A stretch of DNA of 64,000 nucleotides from Anaerolineales bacterium (GCA_016932475.1 JAFGCU010000025.1:30808-94807); one strand, 5' to 3'; positions 27,494 to 39,945 are shown, numbered from the stretch's first letter. Numbers and translations are program-made. The notes: generated from the sequence alone by a model not told the origin.

Positions 27494-28654
27494 CTACTTC
27501 GGCGCGGATCGCGCCAGCCATTCTCGGATCGTATTGGCGAGCGTCTCCAGCCGCGCCCGGTCCCCCTCCTGCGCGGCTTGCAGCGCGTCCGAAATTTCTT
27601 CGAACCGCTCCTCCATACGGTTAAGTTTCTCCGCGACTTTGGTGAATTTACGATCCCGTTCGCGCCACTCGTCTTCCCAGGTGAGGTTCTGCGCGGTCCA
27701 CCGCTTCTGATCGTCCGCCAGAAAAGTGGTCCAATCCTGGCGCAGACGGTCCTCCTGAATACGCTGGATTTCCGCCATCTCCTTGAACTTCTGCTCCATG
27801 CGGTCGGAAAGGCTGTGGTATTCGTCAATCGACTGGCGCATCGAGCGCTGGAGTTCCTGAAAACCCTCTACCTGTTTGAGGAAATCCGCCATCCGGGCGA
27901 TTGAATCCGCGCTGCGTTTCTCCAAGTCTTTCCATTGCCGTTCGCGTTCCACCAGGGCCGAGGTTTGTTGCTCCTGCCAGATGGCCATAGCATTGCGGCG
28001 CTCGAGTTCCAGCGCCATAAGTTCCGCCAGCCGTCCATCGTTCCGCCGGCCGGCGGATTCAACCGCATCCAATCGGGCGGAGTTCTCGCTGCCCATTTCG
28101 CGGATCGCCTGCTGCTCCCCCTGGACGTCCGCCATGCGGCGGATATCCTGCCGCCGGCCTTCCTCCACCGCGGCCATGATCCGGGTCCGCTCTTCGTCCC
28201 GCTTCTGGACCATCTCCAGGGTCTTGCGCATCTCCTGCAACAGAATCGCCTGGCGCGCCTGTTCGGATTTTCGGGCTTCCATCGATTCCTGCAAGTCTCC
28301 GAGCAGTTCGATCTGTTTCTTGAATTCGCCGATCGTTTTATCGACCCGGTTTTTTTCGATCGTACGCGACCGTCCGGCCTGCTCCTCGAGCTCCAGGCGC
28401 CGTTTGTCCATCGAGTCCAGCGCGCGGGCGGTGTCTTCGCGATGTTTGGAGATCAGCTCGTCGATCTTCTGCGGCTGGATGCGGGTGTTCATCTTCGTCA
28501 GCTGCGAACTGGCATCCTGCAGCTGCTTGGCCTGAGATCCCACCACGCCGGTCAGGTTTGCCAACCGCTCCTCAAGCTTCGCCAGCAGCGCCTTGTCTTT
28601 CCGGCGCTCCTCATCCAGCCAATCCACCCGGTTTTTCAGGTCTTCTCCTGCCAT
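27494..28654 (-). CDS. Long coiled-coil hypothetical protein
   Basis: 386 aa, E/K/R/Q-rich heptad pattern; TATAAT and GGAG upstream. Confidence 0.8.
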   Translation of the reverse strand: MAGEDLKNRVDWLDEERRKDKALLAKLEERLANLTGVVGSQAKQLQDASSQLTKMNTRIQPQKIDELISKHREDTARALDSMDKRRLELEEQAGRSRTIEKNRVDKTIGEFKKQIELLGDLQESMEARKSEQARQAILLQEMRKTLEMVQKRDEERTRIMAAVEEGRRQDIRRMADVQGEQQAIREMGSENSARLDAVESAGRRNDGRLAELMALELERRNAMAIWQEQQTSALVERERQWKDLEKRSADSIARMADFLKQVEGFQELQRSMRQSIDEYHSLSDRMEQKFKEMAEIQRIQEDRLRQDWTTFLADDQKRWTAQNLTWEDEWRERDRKFTKVAEKLNRMEERFEEISDALQAAQEGDRARLETLANTIREWLARSAPK

Positions 28655-28710
28655 GGAATTCTCCCGCCGGGATTATACCCGGCGCGTGTTTGCTCCCGCC
28701 CGTGATCGAA

Positions 28711-29769
28711 TCAGCGGGAAGTGAAGGCGAGCCGCTTCAAGACCGATTCGAGCGCTGTCACGGACCGTTCGAATTCGCCCAGATCAATCCGTTCCTCCGG
28801 AGTATGATCCAGGGTCGAATCGCCCGGTCCATACACCGCCATCGGACAGTTCCATTCCGGCCCAACGACATTGATATCCGATGTTCCAAGCTTGAGGCTG
28901 AACGATGGATTTCCGCCCTGGGCGCGAATCGCGGCCAAGAGCGCGCCGACAACGGGTGTGTTCTTTTCCACCCGGTAGGCGGGCACCGGCATGCCCTCGA
29001 TTCGCAGTTCCCCCGCCCCTTCCGTGGCTTCCCGCATGAATCGTTCCGCTTGTTCCGGCGGAATGGATTGTGGAAGCCTGAGATGGCCTCCCATTTCGGC
29101 GGTCTCCGTGAATCCGTCGCCGGATGTCGACATTTTTTCCAGCACCGGCGTGATCTGGGCAAATTTCCGTTCGGCGCCGCCGTTTTCCCGCACGGCGGTT
29201 GCCACCAGCCTGTTCCAGAAACCCACCGCCGTTTCGCATGCGCTTTCCTGGCCGGCCGCGGTGTGTCCGATGGTATGCCGCGCCCGGAACCGGAAACGGG
29301 TTATTCCACGGTACCCGAGCGTGATCCGGTCCCATCCGCTCGGCTCGCCGATCAGCGCGTACCGGGGATGATACCGGCCCGCCGCATGACGCGCCCCGGC
29401 GGAATCCCCTTCCTCATCGACCGCGCCGATCACCACCACCTCCCAGCCGGGGATCGCGCCGCTGCGCGCCGCGGCATCCACAAACGCCGCCAGCGGACCT
29501 TTCGCGTCCACCGATCCGCGTCCATGCAGAACTCCGCCCTCCATACGAACGTCGATCCGGCCGGGAACCGTATCGATGTGCCCGAGCAGCACGATCTGGT
29601 TCGGGCCGTCGCCGATCCTCCCGACCGCATTCCCGGCTTCGTCGGCATCGGCCGAGGTGAAGCCCAGCGAGCGCATGTGCGCCACCAGCCAAGCGACGGC
29701 TTCGCCTTCCTGGCCGGTTGGGCTGTAGCGCTCGACCAATCCGAGCAGCGTTGCAGACGGTTGTGTCAT
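28711..29769 (-). CDS. lysK: [LysW]-lysine/[LysW]-ornithine hydrolase (M20 family)
   Basis: [43 protein letters not shown]; last gene of LysW operon. Confidence 0.9.
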   Translation of the reverse strand: MTQPSATLLGLVERYSPTGQEGEAVAWLVAHMRSLGFTSADADEAGNAVGRIGDGPNQIVLLGHIDTVPGRIDVRMEGGVLHGRGSVDAKGPLAAFVDAAARSGAIPGWEVVVIGAVDEEGDSAGARHAAGRYHPRYALIGEPSGWDRITLGYRGITRFRFRARHTIGHTAAGQESACETAVGFWNRLVATAVRENGGAERKFAQITPVLEKMSTSGDGFTETAEMGGHLRLPQSIPPEQAERFMREATEGAGELRIEGMPVPAYRVEKNTPVVGALLAAIRAQGGNPSFSLKLGTSDINVVGPEWNCPMAVYGPGDSTLDHTPEERIDLGEFERSVTALESVLKRLAFTSR

Positions 29770-30013
29770 TTTCCTGCCCGTCCTCCATATTCAAGATGAA
29801 TGCCGGATGCATCCCGGGCTGGCTTCCCTTCGGGTTAATCATATCCGAAATCCGCCCGCTCCCCTCAGCAACCCATCCCCCATTTCCCCCGTGGGACGGG
29901 ATAATTTTCAGATCGGAAGTCCGTATTTGCCGCACCCTTTTCCCTCTTGAACACGCATCGATAACACTCCGTAATTTGTAATTTGGGAGGATTCTTCGCG
30001 AGGTGAAATCAGC

Positions 30014-31942
30014 TTATCCAGGGGTTGATTTGCCGCCCGCCTTCAGGTGCGCAATCAATCCGCCGGCCTCCAAGAGCGCCCTCACGTTCGGCGGAAAGGG
30101 CGGATAGGGGAAGACGCCCTTTGGGAGGATCACCTCGCCGCGCGCCAGATCCACTTTGACCGGATCGCCCTTTCGCGCGGCGGCCACAGCCTCCGGGCAT
30201 ACGATCGCCGGCAGCCCCTGGTTGATTGCGTTGCGGTAGAAAATGCGCGCAAAGGATTCGGCCACCACCGCGCGGACGCCGCGCCCCTTCAGGCAGGTGA
30301 CCGCCTGTTCGCGGGATGATCCGCAGCCCATATTTCTTCCCGCAAAGACGACATCACCCGGTTTGGATGAGGGTACAAAATCCGGATCGAGGTCCTCCAG
30401 CGCGTGCGCGGCGATTTCCCCGGGGGTCCGCAGTGTATACGTATATTTGCCCGGGAAAAGTTGATCGGTGTTGACGTTGTCGCCGTAGACCCAGGCGGAT
30501 CCGTCGGCGTTATAGGGTGAGGGCTTCCCGGCCGGTTTTCCCGGAGAAGTGTTTTTTTCGCCGCGCCCGGCGCGCAGATCGGTCCCCCGCAGTAGTTGTA
30601 GAAATCCGGAGGCGGATTCCGGCGAGTCGACGCCGAATTCCTCCGCGGTGGGAATTCTGCCCAGCAATGCCCCGAGCGCGACCAACGCCGGCGAGCCCAG
30701 ATAAATTTCCGCGTCCGGCTGCCCCATGCGGCCCTTGAAATTCCGGTTGGCGGTGGAGAGAACGACCTCGCCCGCGGCGGGTATTCCGAGATGGTTGCCC
30801 ATGCACGGGCCGCAGCCCGGGACTCCGATCATCGCGCCCGCATCCAACAGCGTTGCAATCACACCTTCCTGCACCGCCGCGCGGTAGATCTCCGCCGACG
30901 CCGGAATGACCAGGAAGCGCGTTCCGGCATGGACTTTCTTTCCGGAAACGGTTTTCGCCGCCGCGCGCAGGTCCTCCAGGCGCCCGTTGGTGCAGGTGCC
31001 GACGAAGGCCATGTCGATCGGGCGGCCGGCCGCTTCCGCGAGAGTCCGCCGCCGATCGACTCCGTGCGGCGCGGCGACAAGCGGGCCGATCGCGGCAAGA
31101 TCGATTTCATACTCCGCCAGATACTCCGCGCCCGGATCCGCCGTGAGCGCCAAAGAAACGCAATCCTCTCGCCGCGCGCGGCCCGACGGGCGGGAAGCGA
31201 GATAATCGAAGACCGCATCATCCGGCGCGAGAAACGCGTTCTTCACGCCGAACTCGGCCATCATATTCGGGATGACCATCCGGCTGTCGATCGAAAGCGA
31301 GCGCAGTCCCGGTCCGTCGAATTCGACCGACAGGTACAACCCGCCGCCAGCCCCCAGTTCGCCGATGACGGCCAAGCATAAATCCTTCGAGGTCACGCCG
31401 GGGCGTAAATTTCCCCGCAGCGTGATGTGGACGCTCTGAGGCACCCGCAGCCACAGCTTGCCGGCCGCCCACAGCGCCGCCGCCTCGCTGCGGCCGATCC
31501 CGGCCCCGAACGCGCCCATCCAGCCGTGATGGGTGGTGTGGCTGTCCGCGCCAAGGATGACTTGGCCGGGCAGGAGCAGCGCTTCCTCGCCGACCACCTG
31601 GTGGCAGATCCCCCGTCCGATGTCGAAAAAATCCCGGACTCCCTGCTCGCGCGCGAAGGCCCGCGCTTCGGCATGGTTTTGGGCGTGCTTGGTCGTGGGC
31701 GGCGGGGAGGCGTGATCCAGGACGATCACCAGGCGCGAAGGATCGTGCACCTTCCGCGCGCCGAGTTCTTTGTGGAAAATCTGGGCGATGGCGGCGGTGT
31801 TATCGTGCGAGAGGATCCGGTCCGGGCGCGCCTCGAGGATCTCGCCGGCGCGGGCGTCGGCCGCGCCGGCCGCGCGGGCCAGCGCCTTTTCGGCGAACGT
31901 GCGCGCCTGTCCCGCGACGTGCGCAGGTTCGATCTTGATCAT
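30014..31942 (-). CDS. Homoaconitase / isopropylmalate-isomerase-type hydratase, large and small subunits fused
   Basis: TFAEK, LDH, GICHQ, GADSHT, GTCTNG, PGCGPC, NRNFKGRMG then GDNVNTDQLFP, GCGSSRE, FARIFYRNAINQG in a single frame; start uncertain. Confidence 0.9.
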   Translation of the reverse strand: MIKIEPAHVAGQARTFAEKALARAAGAADARAGEILEARPDRILSHDNTAAIAQIFHKELGARKVHDPSRLVIVLDHASPPPTTKHAQNHAEARAFAREQGVRDFFDIGRGICHQVVGEEALLLPGQVILGADSHTTHHGWMGAFGAGIGRSEAAALWAAGKLWLRVPQSVHITLRGNLRPGVTSKDLCLAVIGELGAGGGLYLSVEFDGPGLRSLSIDSRMVIPNMMAEFGVKNAFLAPDDAVFDYLASRPSGRARREDCVSLALTADPGAEYLAEYEIDLAAIGPLVAAPHGVDRRRTLAEAAGRPIDMAFVGTCTNGRLEDLRAAAKTVSGKKVHAGTRFLVIPASAEIYRAAVQEGVIATLLDAGAMIGVPGCGPCMGNHLGIPAAGEVVLSTANRNFKGRMGQPDAEIYLGSPALVALGALLGRIPTAEEFGVDSPESASGFLQLLRGTDLRAGRGEKNTSPGKPAGKPSPYNADGSAWVYGDNVNTDQLFPGKYTYTLRTPGEIAAHALEDLDPDFVPSSKPGDVVFAGRNMGCGSSREQAVTCLKGRGVRAVVAESFARIFYRNAINQGLPAIVCPEAVAAARKGDPVKVDLARGEVILPKGVFPYPPFPPNVRALLEAGGLIAHLKAGGKSTPG

Positions 31943-32052
31943 GAAACCTGCGCGATCACGCAGCGGGGCGGCCTTTTCCGCGCCTGCCCTCGGCGCGGTC
32001 TTTCGCCGGGGGAAATGCGCAGGTTCGCATTTGGTCTTGGAACCTGCGCGAT
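31920..32052. repeat. Pair of gcgcaggtt..aacctgcgc hairpins
   Basis: Hairpins at 31921-31953 and 32016-32049 separated by a GC-rich spacer. Confidence 0.7.
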
Positions 32053-32064
32053 CATGAAGCGGGA

Positions 32065-33369
32065 TCACTTAACCTGCTCCTTGCGGGGCGGTTCCTCATC
32101 CAGGCGCTGGACAATCCGTTTGCGCGTCGATTCGGGCAGCAGGAGTTTCGGCAGCTTATATTCCTCGGTGGCGATCGAAAGCAGGAGCTCGGCCGGCGAC
32201 TGGTCGGCGTCGATCTGGTACACGCGCTCCTTGAACCGGGCGGTGATGTCGCGCGCCGTGGCTTCGTCCAGCCGGAAGTAGTGGATCTCCTTGAGGAAGT
32301 AGTGGATCGTGTTCCACCCGGAGAGCGGCCCGAGCAGGATATCCCGCTCGCTGACCCCGAACACATCCAGCGGATGCGCCTCGTAGGTGCTGGAGTCGTT
32401 GAGGATCGCGCCCTGGTGCACGCCGGCGGTGTGAGTCCGGTTGGTGAGCGAAATCGGTTCCTTGGGCGGCACGAGCATGCGCAGCTTGTCGGCCGCGAGC
32501 ACGTTGATCGGGTACGATCCGCGCAGGTGATACCCCTCCAGCGCGTCGTAGTTCTGGTCGAGGTGCAGGTTGAACATCAATGCGGTCATCGAGGTGATGC
32601 CGGAGCGTTCGCCGATCCCGAGCAGCGTGGTGTTGACGTAACGCACGCCTTCGCGAAGGGCTTCCATCGTATTGGAGAGCGCATACCCGCGGTCGTCGTG
32701 GAAGTGCACCTCGAACTCGGTGACCGGATAGCGCTCGCGCAGCGCGCGCAGGCGCTGGCTGACCGTCGGCGGCGTGGCCACCCCGACCGTATCGGGCAGC
32801 CCGAGCCGGTCCACCAGCGCCGCCACCTGATCGTACACCAGGAACTGATCCTCCAGCCGGGTGCGGAACGTATCCTCCCCGCTGAACCGCAGGACCAGGT
32901 TGGGATGATTCCGGCGCAGGTCTTCCAGCAGCGCGCGGGCCCGGCGGGCGATCTCCTCCAGGTCCTTGCCGGTGTTGAACGTGCGGGATTGCGGCGAGGT
33001 GCCGATATATATGTTCAGCCCGTCGAACCCGGCCTGGATCGCGGCTTCCACATCGTCCGGATGGCAGCGTACGTGCGCCAGCAGGAAGGTGTATCCCTTC
33101 TGGGTTACCAGCTCGTCGCGCATCTGCTGAATCGCCTTGAAATCCTCGCGCTCCTGCGGGCTGACCATGGGCGAGAACATCTCGATGAACTTCACCCCGT
33201 ACAGGATCAGCGCGCGGATCATTTCCAGCTTGTCGCGCTCGGTGTAAAAATATTTGTGATGGTCGTGCAGCAGGGACGTCTGCTGGCCTTCGCGCAGAGT
33301 CGTGTCGATGATCTCAAGCTTCCTGGGATGATACAAACGGTAACGGTCCTGGTTCTCCGTGACGTTCAT
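32065..33369 (-). CDS. Homocitrate synthase-like DRE-TIM enzyme
   Basis: IIDTTLREGQQ, LRFSGEDTFR, LPDTVG, HFHDDRG, GIGERSGI, HTAGVH; no C-terminal regulatory domain; context next to homoaconitase. Confidence 0.85.
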   Translation of the reverse strand: MNVTENQDRYRLYHPRKLEIIDTTLREGQQTSLLHDHHKYFYTERDKLEMIRALILYGVKFIEMFSPMVSPQEREDFKAIQQMRDELVTQKGYTFLLAHVRCHPDDVEAAIQAGFDGLNIYIGTSPQSRTFNTGKDLEEIARRARALLEDLRRNHPNLVLRFSGEDTFRTRLEDQFLVYDQVAALVDRLGLPDTVGVATPPTVSQRLRALRERYPVTEFEVHFHDDRGYALSNTMEALREGVRYVNTTLLGIGERSGITSMTALMFNLHLDQNYDALEGYHLRGSYPINVLAADKLRMLVPPKEPISLTNRTHTAGVHQGAILNDSSTYEAHPLDVFGVSERDILLGPLSGWNTIHYFLKEIHYFRLDEATARDITARFKERVYQIDADQSPAELLLSIATEEYKLPKLLLPESTRKRIVQRLDEEPPRKEQVK

Positions 33370-33383
33370 GGCTATTGTCACTC

Positions 33384-34556
33384 CTACTCGGCGTGGCGTT
33401 GTGCCAGCACGGCGGCGATTTGCTCCGCCACCGTGTCCAACTGGGGCTGGGTGATCACGAGCGGGGGCAGCAGCCGGATCACGTTGAGCCCGGCGGGAAG
33501 CACAAGCACCCCGCGCTCGGCCAGCGCCGCGATGTAGGGCGTGGCTTTCTGTTTGAGCTCAATTCCCACCATCAATCCAAGTCCTCTTACCTCACGGATG
33601 AGCGGCGAGCCGATGGCGCGCAGCTTGGCCGCCAGATTCGCCCCCAATGCGGCGGCTTTTTCCGCCAGCCGCTCTTCTTCATACGCATCCAGGGCGGCCA
33701 GCGCCGCTGCGCTCGTAACCGGGTTCCCGCCGAAGGTGTTGGCGTGAATGGCGGGTTCGAGCTGTCGGATGCGCTCGCCGATCACGATTGCCCCCATCGG
33801 GATCCCGCCGCCGATCGACTTGGCCAGCGCAAGGAGATCCGGCCGCAGGCCGTAATGCTGGTAGGCGAACATCTTCCCGGTCCGGCAAAAACCGGTTTGG
33901 ACCTCGTCGAGGATGAGCAGGGCGCCTTTTTCTCGGCAGATCTCCTGCGCGCCGCGCAGGAACTCGGGGGTCCCCGGATACACGCCGCCCTCTCCTTGGA
34001 CCACCTCCAGGATCACACCGGCGGTTTTTTCGCTCACCGCCGCGCGCAATTCTTCAAGATTATTGTACGTCACATGCTGGAAGCCCGGCACAAGCGGAAG
34101 GAAGGCATCGCGGTACTTTTTATTCCAGGTGGCCGAGAGCGCGCCCATCGTCCGGCCGTGGAATCCGCGCTTGGCCGCGACAAATTCGGTCCGGCCGGTG
34201 GCGTATCGGGCCAGCTTCAACGATCCCTCCACCGCTTCCGCCCCCGAATTGCACAGGAACACCCGGTTGAATCCTTCGCCGGCCGCCTCGACAAGGCGCT
34301 GCTCGAGTTCCGCGCGCCCGGCGTAATAGAACATCTCGGTGCAGGTGATCAAGGTTTGCACCTGCTCGGTGACCGCCTTGACGACGGCCGGGTGGCAGTG
34401 GCCGAGGTTGGCCGATCCCTGCCCGGCGACGCAATCGATGTACTCGCGCCCGGTTTCATCCCACACCAGCGCCCCCTGCCCGCGCACGAGCGCGATCGGC
34501 CGCTTGACGTACAAGCCGGAGGTAAATTTGTTTTCCCGCTCGATGGTATTGGTCAT
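33384..34556 (-). CDS. lysJ: [LysW]-aminoadipate/glutamate semialdehyde transaminase (class III)
   Basis: [38 protein letters not shown] lysine, NTFGGNP. Confidence 0.9.
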   Translation of the reverse strand: MTNTIERENKFTSGLYVKRPIALVRGQGALVWDETGREYIDCVAGQGSANLGHCHPAVVKAVTEQVQTLITCTEMFYYAGRAELEQRLVEAAGEGFNRVFLCNSGAEAVEGSLKLARYATGRTEFVAAKRGFHGRTMGALSATWNKKYRDAFLPLVPGFQHVTYNNLEELRAAVSEKTAGVILEVVQGEGGVYPGTPEFLRGAQEICREKGALLILDEVQTGFCRTGKMFAYQHYGLRPDLLALAKSIGGGIPMGAIVIGERIRQLEPAIHANTFGGNPVTSAAALAALDAYEEERLAEKAAALGANLAAKLRAIGSPLIREVRGLGLMVGIELKQKATPYIAALAERGVLVLPAGLNVIRLLPPLVITQPQLDTVAEQIAAVLAQRHAE

Positions 34557-34572
34557 AGGGTCCTCGTATCTT

Positions 34573-34682
34573 TCCTAACCCCCGCTCCCCCGGCCCCTCT
34601 CCCCCTTCCCCGTAAAGGGAAGGGGGAGAGGGGTGCCTGAGACCCGGCGGTCTGCCGGGACGAATGCGGGGTGAGGGGGTTA
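34573..34682. repeat. CCCTC-family palindromic element at carB/lysJ junction
   Basis: cccctctcccccttccc-cgtaaa-gggaagggggagagggg inner stem; cctaaccccc / gggggttagg outer arms overlapping carB stop. Confidence 0.8.
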
Positions 34683-37600
34683 GGACGGTTTCTTCTCCTG
34701 CAACCGAAAATGCTCCTGCAAACTCCGGTACTTCAACGCTTTTTCCCGCATCGCGCGGATGCCCATTACGGCCGCGGCCGCGGCCGAAAGCGTGGTCAGC
34801 AACGGCACGTTCATCACGGTCGCGGCGGCGCGGATGAGGTTCCCGTCGCTGTGCGCGTTCGGCCCGAGCGGCGTGTTAAGCACCAATTGCACCTTCCCTC
34901 CGCGAACCAGATCCACCACGTTCGGCGATCCATGCCCCACCTTGAACGCCGGCTCGACCGGCAGCCCGGCGTGCATGAAGAAAGCCGCCGTGCCGGGGGT
35001 GGCGCACAGGTGGAACCCCATCCGGTGCAGATCGCGGGCGACTTTAAGCGCCGCGCCTTTGTCGAAATCATTGACGCTGAATAGCGCCGCGCCCTGTTCC
35101 GGCAGCGCGGATCCGGCCGCCATCTCCGCCTTGGCGAAGGCATGCCCGAAATGGCTGGCATGCCCCATCACTTCGCCGGTCGAGCGCATTTCCGGCCCGA
35201 GGAGAGAATCCGCTCCGGGGAGCTTCTGGAACGGCAGCACCGCTTCCTTGACGAAGAAGCCGTCCACTTCAGGCTGCTTGAAGATTCCGATATCCGCAAG
35301 CGACTGCCCGGCCATGATCTGGGCCGCGCGGCGCGCGAGCGGCACGCCGATCGACTTGCTCACGTAGGGGATCGTCCGCGACGCGCGCGGATTGACCTCG
35401 AGCACGTAGACCACTTCATCCTTGATCGCCAGTTGAACGTTCATCAGCCCGCGCACGTTCAACCGCTGGCCGAGTTTTTCGGTGTATTCCCGCATCGTGC
35501 TGAGATGGAAGGCGCTGATCTTGTACGGCGGCAGCACGCAGGCCGAATCCCCCGAGTGCACGCCGGCTTCCTCGATATGCTGCATGATCGCCGCCACCAC
35601 CGTCCGCTCGCCGTCGGAGATCGCATCCACATCCGCTTCGTAGGCGTCCTCGAGGAAGCGGTCGACCAGCAGCGGCTGTCCCGGGGCGGCGGCCAGCGCC
35701 GCGTGGACAAACCCTTCCAGCTGGGCTTCGTCTCCGACGATCGCCATCGCGCGCCCGCCCAGCACGAACGAGGGCCGCACCAGCAGCGGATACCCGATCC
35801 GTTCCGCGATCGTCCGCACTTCTTCCTGCGAATGGGCGATCCCATGCTCCGGTTGGGGGATGTCGAGTTCCTCGAGCACGGCCGCGAACCGCTGGCGGTC
35901 CTCCGCCAGCGCGATCGCATCCGGCGAGGTGCCCCAGATCGGGACTCCCGCCGCGGCCAGGTCGGCCGAAAGGTTGAGCGGTGTCTGCCCGCCGAACTGC
36001 ACGATCACGCCGGCCGGCTTCTCGCGCTCCACAACATTTAACACGTGTTCGAGCGTGAGGGGCTCGAAATACAGCCTGTCCGCCGTGTCGTAATCGGTCG
36101 ATACGGTTTCCGGATTGCAATTGAGCAGGATCGTTTCGTATCCCAGCTCGCGCAGCGCGAATACCGCCTGGCAGCAGCAATAATCGAATTCGACTCCCTG
36201 CCCGATCCGGTTCGGCCCGCTGCCGAGAATTAACACTTTCGGCCTCGGCGTGACCCGCGCCTCATCTTCGGTTTCGTAAGAGGAATAGAGATACGGAGTC
36301 TGCGCCTCGAATTCCGCCGCGCACGTATCCACCCGCAGGAAGGTCGGCCGGATGCCGAGCGCCAGCCTGCGCGCGCGCACTGCCGCGGCAACCGGCGTTT
36401 TGCCATCCGTGGCCAACAGGCGCGCCAGCCGCGAATCCGCCAGGCCGGCTTGCTTTGCCCGGCGCAGCAGATCCGCCGTCAGCGTTTCCAGCGTCTGCGC
36501 GGAAATTTCTTTTTCGAGTTCGGCGATCCCGCGCATCTGATCCAGGAACCAAAGATCCATCCCGGTCAGGGCGGAAATTTTCTTCAAATCGGCGCCGTCG
36601 CGGATGGCCCGGTAAACCTCGAACAGGCGGCCCGAAACCGGGGCGTGGAGCGCCTCAAGATCGGCGGCGGTTTTCTTTTTGCCGGGTACAAGCTTGTTCG
36701 GTCCCGATCCGTCCAGCGCGTCGATTCCGCTTTCGAGTGAGATCACCGCCTTGGAGAGCGCCTCGGGGAACGTCCGTCCGAGCGCCATGACTTCGCCGAC
36801 CGATTTCATTTGCGCCCCGAGCGTCGGATCCACGCCCGGGAATTTTTCGAACGCCCAGCGCGGGATCTTGACCACCACGTAATCCAGCGAGGGTTCGAAC
36901 CCGACCTTGGTCTGGCCGGTGATGTCGTTGGTGATCTCATCGAGCGTATAGCCGACGGCGACCAGCGCCGCGACCTTGGCGATCGGGAAGCCGGTGGCTT
37001 TGGAAGCCAGCGCCGAGGAGCGCGAGACACGTGGATTCATCTCGATCACCAGCGCCCGCCCGTCGGCCGGATTGACCCCAAACTGCACGTTCGACCCGCC
37101 CGTCTCGATCTCCACCGCGCGCATCACCCGCCGCGCCAGATCGCGCAGGACCTGGTACTCGCGGTCGGTGAGGGTCTGGGAGGGCGCGACGGTGATGCTG
37201 TCGCCGGTGTGCACCCCCATCGGATCCAGGTTCTCGATGCTGCATACGACGACGAAGTTATCCGCCCGGTCGCGCATCACCTCGAGTTCGAATTCCTTCC
37301 ATCCCAGGACGGATTCTTCCAGCCAGGCCTGCCCGATCGGCGAGACGGCGATCGCCTTGCGCACCGCCTCCGGAAGTTCCTCCGCCGAGTTCACCCACGA
37401 GGCGCCGGTGCCGCCGAGCGCGAAAGAGGCGCGCACCAATACCGGGAAGCCGGTTTGGTCCGCCAGCACCTTCGCCTCCTCGAGGTTGTGCGCCGGCCCG
37501 CCGTGCGGAACCGGAATATCATTTTCCCGCATGGCCCGGTTGAATTGCTCGCGGTCTTCGGCCAGTTCGATCGAGCGCAGCGGCGCGCCGAGGAGCTGGA

Positions 37601-37937
37601 CATGATATGCATCCAGAATCCCGCGCTTTCCGAGCGCAAGCGCCAGGTTCAACCCGGTCTGCCCGCCGACGGTGGGAAGCAGCGCGTCGGGCCGCTCCTG
37701 GGCGATGATCGCCTCGAGCGTCTCCGGCGTGAGCGGTTCGATATAGGTCGCGTCGGCGAGGTCCGGATCCGTCATGATCGTGGCCGGATTGGAATTGACC
37801 AGGATCACCCGGTATCCTTCGGCCCGCAGGGCTTTGATCGCCTGCGTGCCGGAATAGTCGAATTCCGCCGCCTGGCCGATGATGATCGGACCGGAGCCGA
37901 CGACCAATATGGAGCGGATGTCGGTTCGCCTGGGCAT
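34680..37937 (-). CDS. carB: Carbamoyl-phosphate synthase large subunit
   Basis: [17 protein letters not shown], duplicated ATP-grasp halves, [18 protein letters not shown] domain. Confidence 0.98.
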   Translation of the reverse strand: MPRRTDIRSILVVGSGPIIIGQAAEFDYSGTQAIKALRAEGYRVILVNSNPATIMTDPDLADATYIEPLTPETLEAIIAQERPDALLPTVGGQTGLNLALALGKRGILDAYHVQLLGAPLRSIELAEDREQFNRAMRENDIPVPHGGPAHNLEEAKVLADQTGFPVLVRASFALGGTGASWVNSAEELPEAVRKAIAVSPIGQAWLEESVLGWKEFELEVMRDRADNFVVVCSIENLDPMGVHTGDSITVAPSQTLTDREYQVLRDLARRVMRAVEIETGGSNVQFGVNPADGRALVIEMNPRVSRSSALASKATGFPIAKVAALVAVGYTLDEITNDITGQTKVGFEPSLDYVVVKIPRWAFEKFPGVDPTLGAQMKSVGEVMALGRTFPEALSKAVISLESGIDALDGSGPNKLVPGKKKTAADLEALHAPVSGRLFEVYRAIRDGADLKKISALTGMDLWFLDQMRGIAELEKEISAQTLETLTADLLRRAKQAGLADSRLARLLATDGKTPVAAAVRARRLALGIRPTFLRVDTCAAEFEAQTPYLYSSYETEDEARVTPRPKVLILGSGPNRIGQGVEFDYCCCQAVFALRELGYETILLNCNPETVSTDYDTADRLYFEPLTLEHVLNVVEREKPAGVIVQFGGQTPLNLSADLAAAGVPIWGTSPDAIALAEDRQRFAAVLEELDIPQPEHGIAHSQEEVRTIAERIGYPLLVRPSFVLGGRAMAIVGDEAQLEGFVHAALAAAPGQPLLVDRFLEDAYEADVDAISDGERTVVAAIMQHIEEAGVHSGDSACVLPPYKISAFHLSTMREYTEKLGQRLNVRGLMNVQLAIKDEVVYVLEVNPRASRTIPYVSKSIGVPLARRAAQIMAGQSLADIGIFKQPEVDGFFVKEAVLPFQKLPGADSLLGPEMRSTGEVMGHASHFGHAFAKAEMAAGSALPEQGAALFSVNDFDKGAALKVARDLHRMGFHLCATPGTAAFFMHAGLPVEPAFKVGHGSPNVVDLVRGGKVQLVLNTPLGPNAHSDGNLIRAAATVMNVPLLTTLSAAAAAVMGIRAMREKALKYRSLQEHFRLQEKKPS

Positions 37938-37938
37938 C

Positions 37939-39069
37939 TTATGAGTCCCGCCTTTCGATCAGCGCGAAGAACCGGTCGAACACGTCGCGGGCGTCGTGCG
38001 GCCCGGGCGAGGCTTCGGGGTGGAACTGCACACAGAACACCGGCTTCTTCGTCAGCCGGAAACCTTCGAGCGAGCCGTCGTTCAGCGAACTCAGCGTGAC
38101 CTCCGCCTCACCCGCCGGGAGGCTGTCGGCCTCGACGATGTAATTGTGATTCTGCGCGGTGATCCAGACCTGCCCCGTGCGTTCGTCGCGGACGGGGTGG
38201 TTGCCGCCGTGATGGCCGAATTTCAGTTTGGTGATCCGCCCTCCGAGCGCGAGCCCGATCAGCTGATGCCCGAGGCAGATCCCCAGCGTCGGCACGCCGC
38301 TTTCCAGCAGCGCCCGCACGGTTTCGACGATTTTCGGCAACCCGCGCGGATCCCCCGGGCCGTTGGATAGGAAGATTCCGTCCGGCTTCAGCGCGAGCGC
38401 TTTCTTCGCCGGCGTGTTGGAAGGAACCACGCTGACCCTGGCCCCGTCCGCCGCCAGGTGGCGGAGGATGTTCTTCTTGATCCCGAAATCGTAGGCGACG
38501 ATATGCTTTCCCTTCATCGCACCCGCACCGCCGCTCTCCACCCACCGGCTGCCCGGATCGTCCGCCCAGGCATATTCCTCCGGGCAGGAGATCTCGCTGA
38601 CCATGTCGCGCCCGTCAAGCCCGGTCCATGCGCGCGCCATTTCAACCAGCTTCGCCGAATCGGTGCCGCGGGTGGAAAGCGCCGCCTTCTGCGTGCCGCC
38701 GTCGCGGAGCTTGCGGGTCAGGTAACGGGTATCCACCCCGCTGATCCCGGGCACGCCGGCTTCCGCGAGCCAGTCCGGAAGCGGCTTCTCCGCGCGCCAG
38801 TTGGATACCGCCGGGCTGACCGCGCGCACGACCGCCGCCGAAATCTGCGGGCAGGCGGATTCGTAATCCTCGCGGTTGACGCCGACGTTGCCGATGTGCG
38901 GGCAGGTGAACAGCACGCCCTGCCCGCGATAAGAGGGATCGGTGAGGATCTCCTGATATCCGGTCAGGCTGGTGTTGAACACCAGTTCAAAGACGGCGTC
39001 GGTCTGCGCGCCGAACGGTGTTCCGTGCAAAACGGTTCCGTCTTCGAGGGCGAGGGTGCTCAGACTCAC
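37939..39069 (-). CDS. carA: Carbamoyl-phosphate synthase small subunit
   Basis: [36 protein letters not shown]. Confidence 0.98.
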   Translation of the reverse strand: MSLSTLALEDGTVLHGTPFGAQTDAVFELVFNTSLTGYQEILTDPSYRGQGVLFTCPHIGNVGVNREDYESACPQISAAVVRAVSPAVSNWRAEKPLPDWLAEAGVPGISGVDTRYLTRKLRDGGTQKAALSTRGTDSAKLVEMARAWTGLDGRDMVSEISCPEEYAWADDPGSRWVESGGAGAMKGKHIVAYDFGIKKNILRHLAADGARVSVVPSNTPAKKALALKPDGIFLSNGPGDPRGLPKIVETVRALLESGVPTLGICLGHQLIGLALGGRITKLKFGHHGGNHPVRDERTGQVWITAQNHNYIVEADSLPAGEAEVTLSSLNDGSLEGFRLTKKPVFCVQFHPEASPGPHDARDVFDRFFALIERRDS

Positions 39070-39869
39070 GAGATGACCGTGCCTTTCCCGGCCAGGGCCG
39101 ATGAAATCGGCGCGGGGATCCGGCTGTCGGCGAAGATCACCCGCTGCACGCCTTCCCCGAGCGCTTCGCCCGCGCCGAGGACCTTTTTCTTCATCCGCCC
39201 TTCGGCGAATTTCAACGCCTCTTCCAGTTTGGAGCGCTCGATCTTCGGCATCAGCGTGCTCTCATCGGGGAAGCGGCGCATCAATCCGGGCACGTTGGTC
39301 AGGATCACCAGGCTTTCCGCTTTGAGCGCGCCGGCGATCATCGCCGCCGCGCGGTCGGCATCGACGTTGAGCGCGACTCCTTCCGGAGAAATCGCCAGCG
39401 GCGCGACGACCGGAGTGAGCCCCGCGCGGATCAGCATGTGCAGGAGCGGAGCATCGACGGCCTGGATCGTTCCGGTGTGATCGTCGTGCAGCAGCCGAAC
39501 CCGCCCGTTTTCCACGGCGCGCACGGCCTCTTTGCGCTTGGCCTGCATCATGCGGCCGTCCACACCCGAAAGTCCGAAGGCATTCACGCCGAGCTTCTGC
39601 AGCCGCTCGACGAGGATCGTGTTGATCTTGCCGGATGTGACCATCGCGAAAATTTCCAGCGTCTCGCGGTCGGTGAAGCGCGAGGTGAACCCGGAGGGCG
39701 ATGTGATGAATTTCGGGGGATGGCCGAGCTTCTCGGAGACCGCGTTCGTCTCTTCCGATCCGCCGTGGACAAGCACGGCCTCCTGCCCGGATCGGACGAG
39801 CTTCGCGAGATCCTCGCAGACCGTATCCATGTTGTTCCCGGCGGCTCCGCCGATTTTTACGACAAGCAT
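39066..39869 (-). CDS. lysZ: [LysW]-aminoadipate/glutamate kinase
   Basis: [36 protein letters not shown]. Confidence 0.93.
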   Translation of the reverse strand: MLVVKIGGAAGNNMDTVCEDLAKLVRSGQEAVLVHGGSEETNAVSEKLGHPPKFITSPSGFTSRFTDRETLEIFAMVTSGKINTILVERLQKLGVNAFGLSGVDGRMMQAKRKEAVRAVENGRVRLLHDDHTGTIQAVDAPLLHMLIRAGLTPVVAPLAISPEGVALNVDADRAAAMIAGALKAESLVILTNVPGLMRRFPDESTLMPKIERSKLEEALKFAEGRMKKKVLGAGEALGEGVQRVIFADSRIPAPISSALAGKGTVIS

Positions 39870-39916
39870 ATCTATCTCCTTCCTCGCCCCCCAACCCCTG
39901 TAGCCCCCCAACCCCT

Positions 39917-39945
39917 GTAGGGGCGACCCAGTGGGTCGCCCCTAC
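39917..39945. repeat. GTAG-tagged REP-like palindrome at lysY/lysZ junction
   Basis: gtag-gggcgaccca-g-tgggtcgccc-ctac, overlapping the lysY stop codon. Confidence 0.85.

Noticed and set aside
24778-27494. parS site near parAB
   Set aside because: No match to TGTTTCACGTGAAACA noticed; the adjacent hairpins do not resemble parS.
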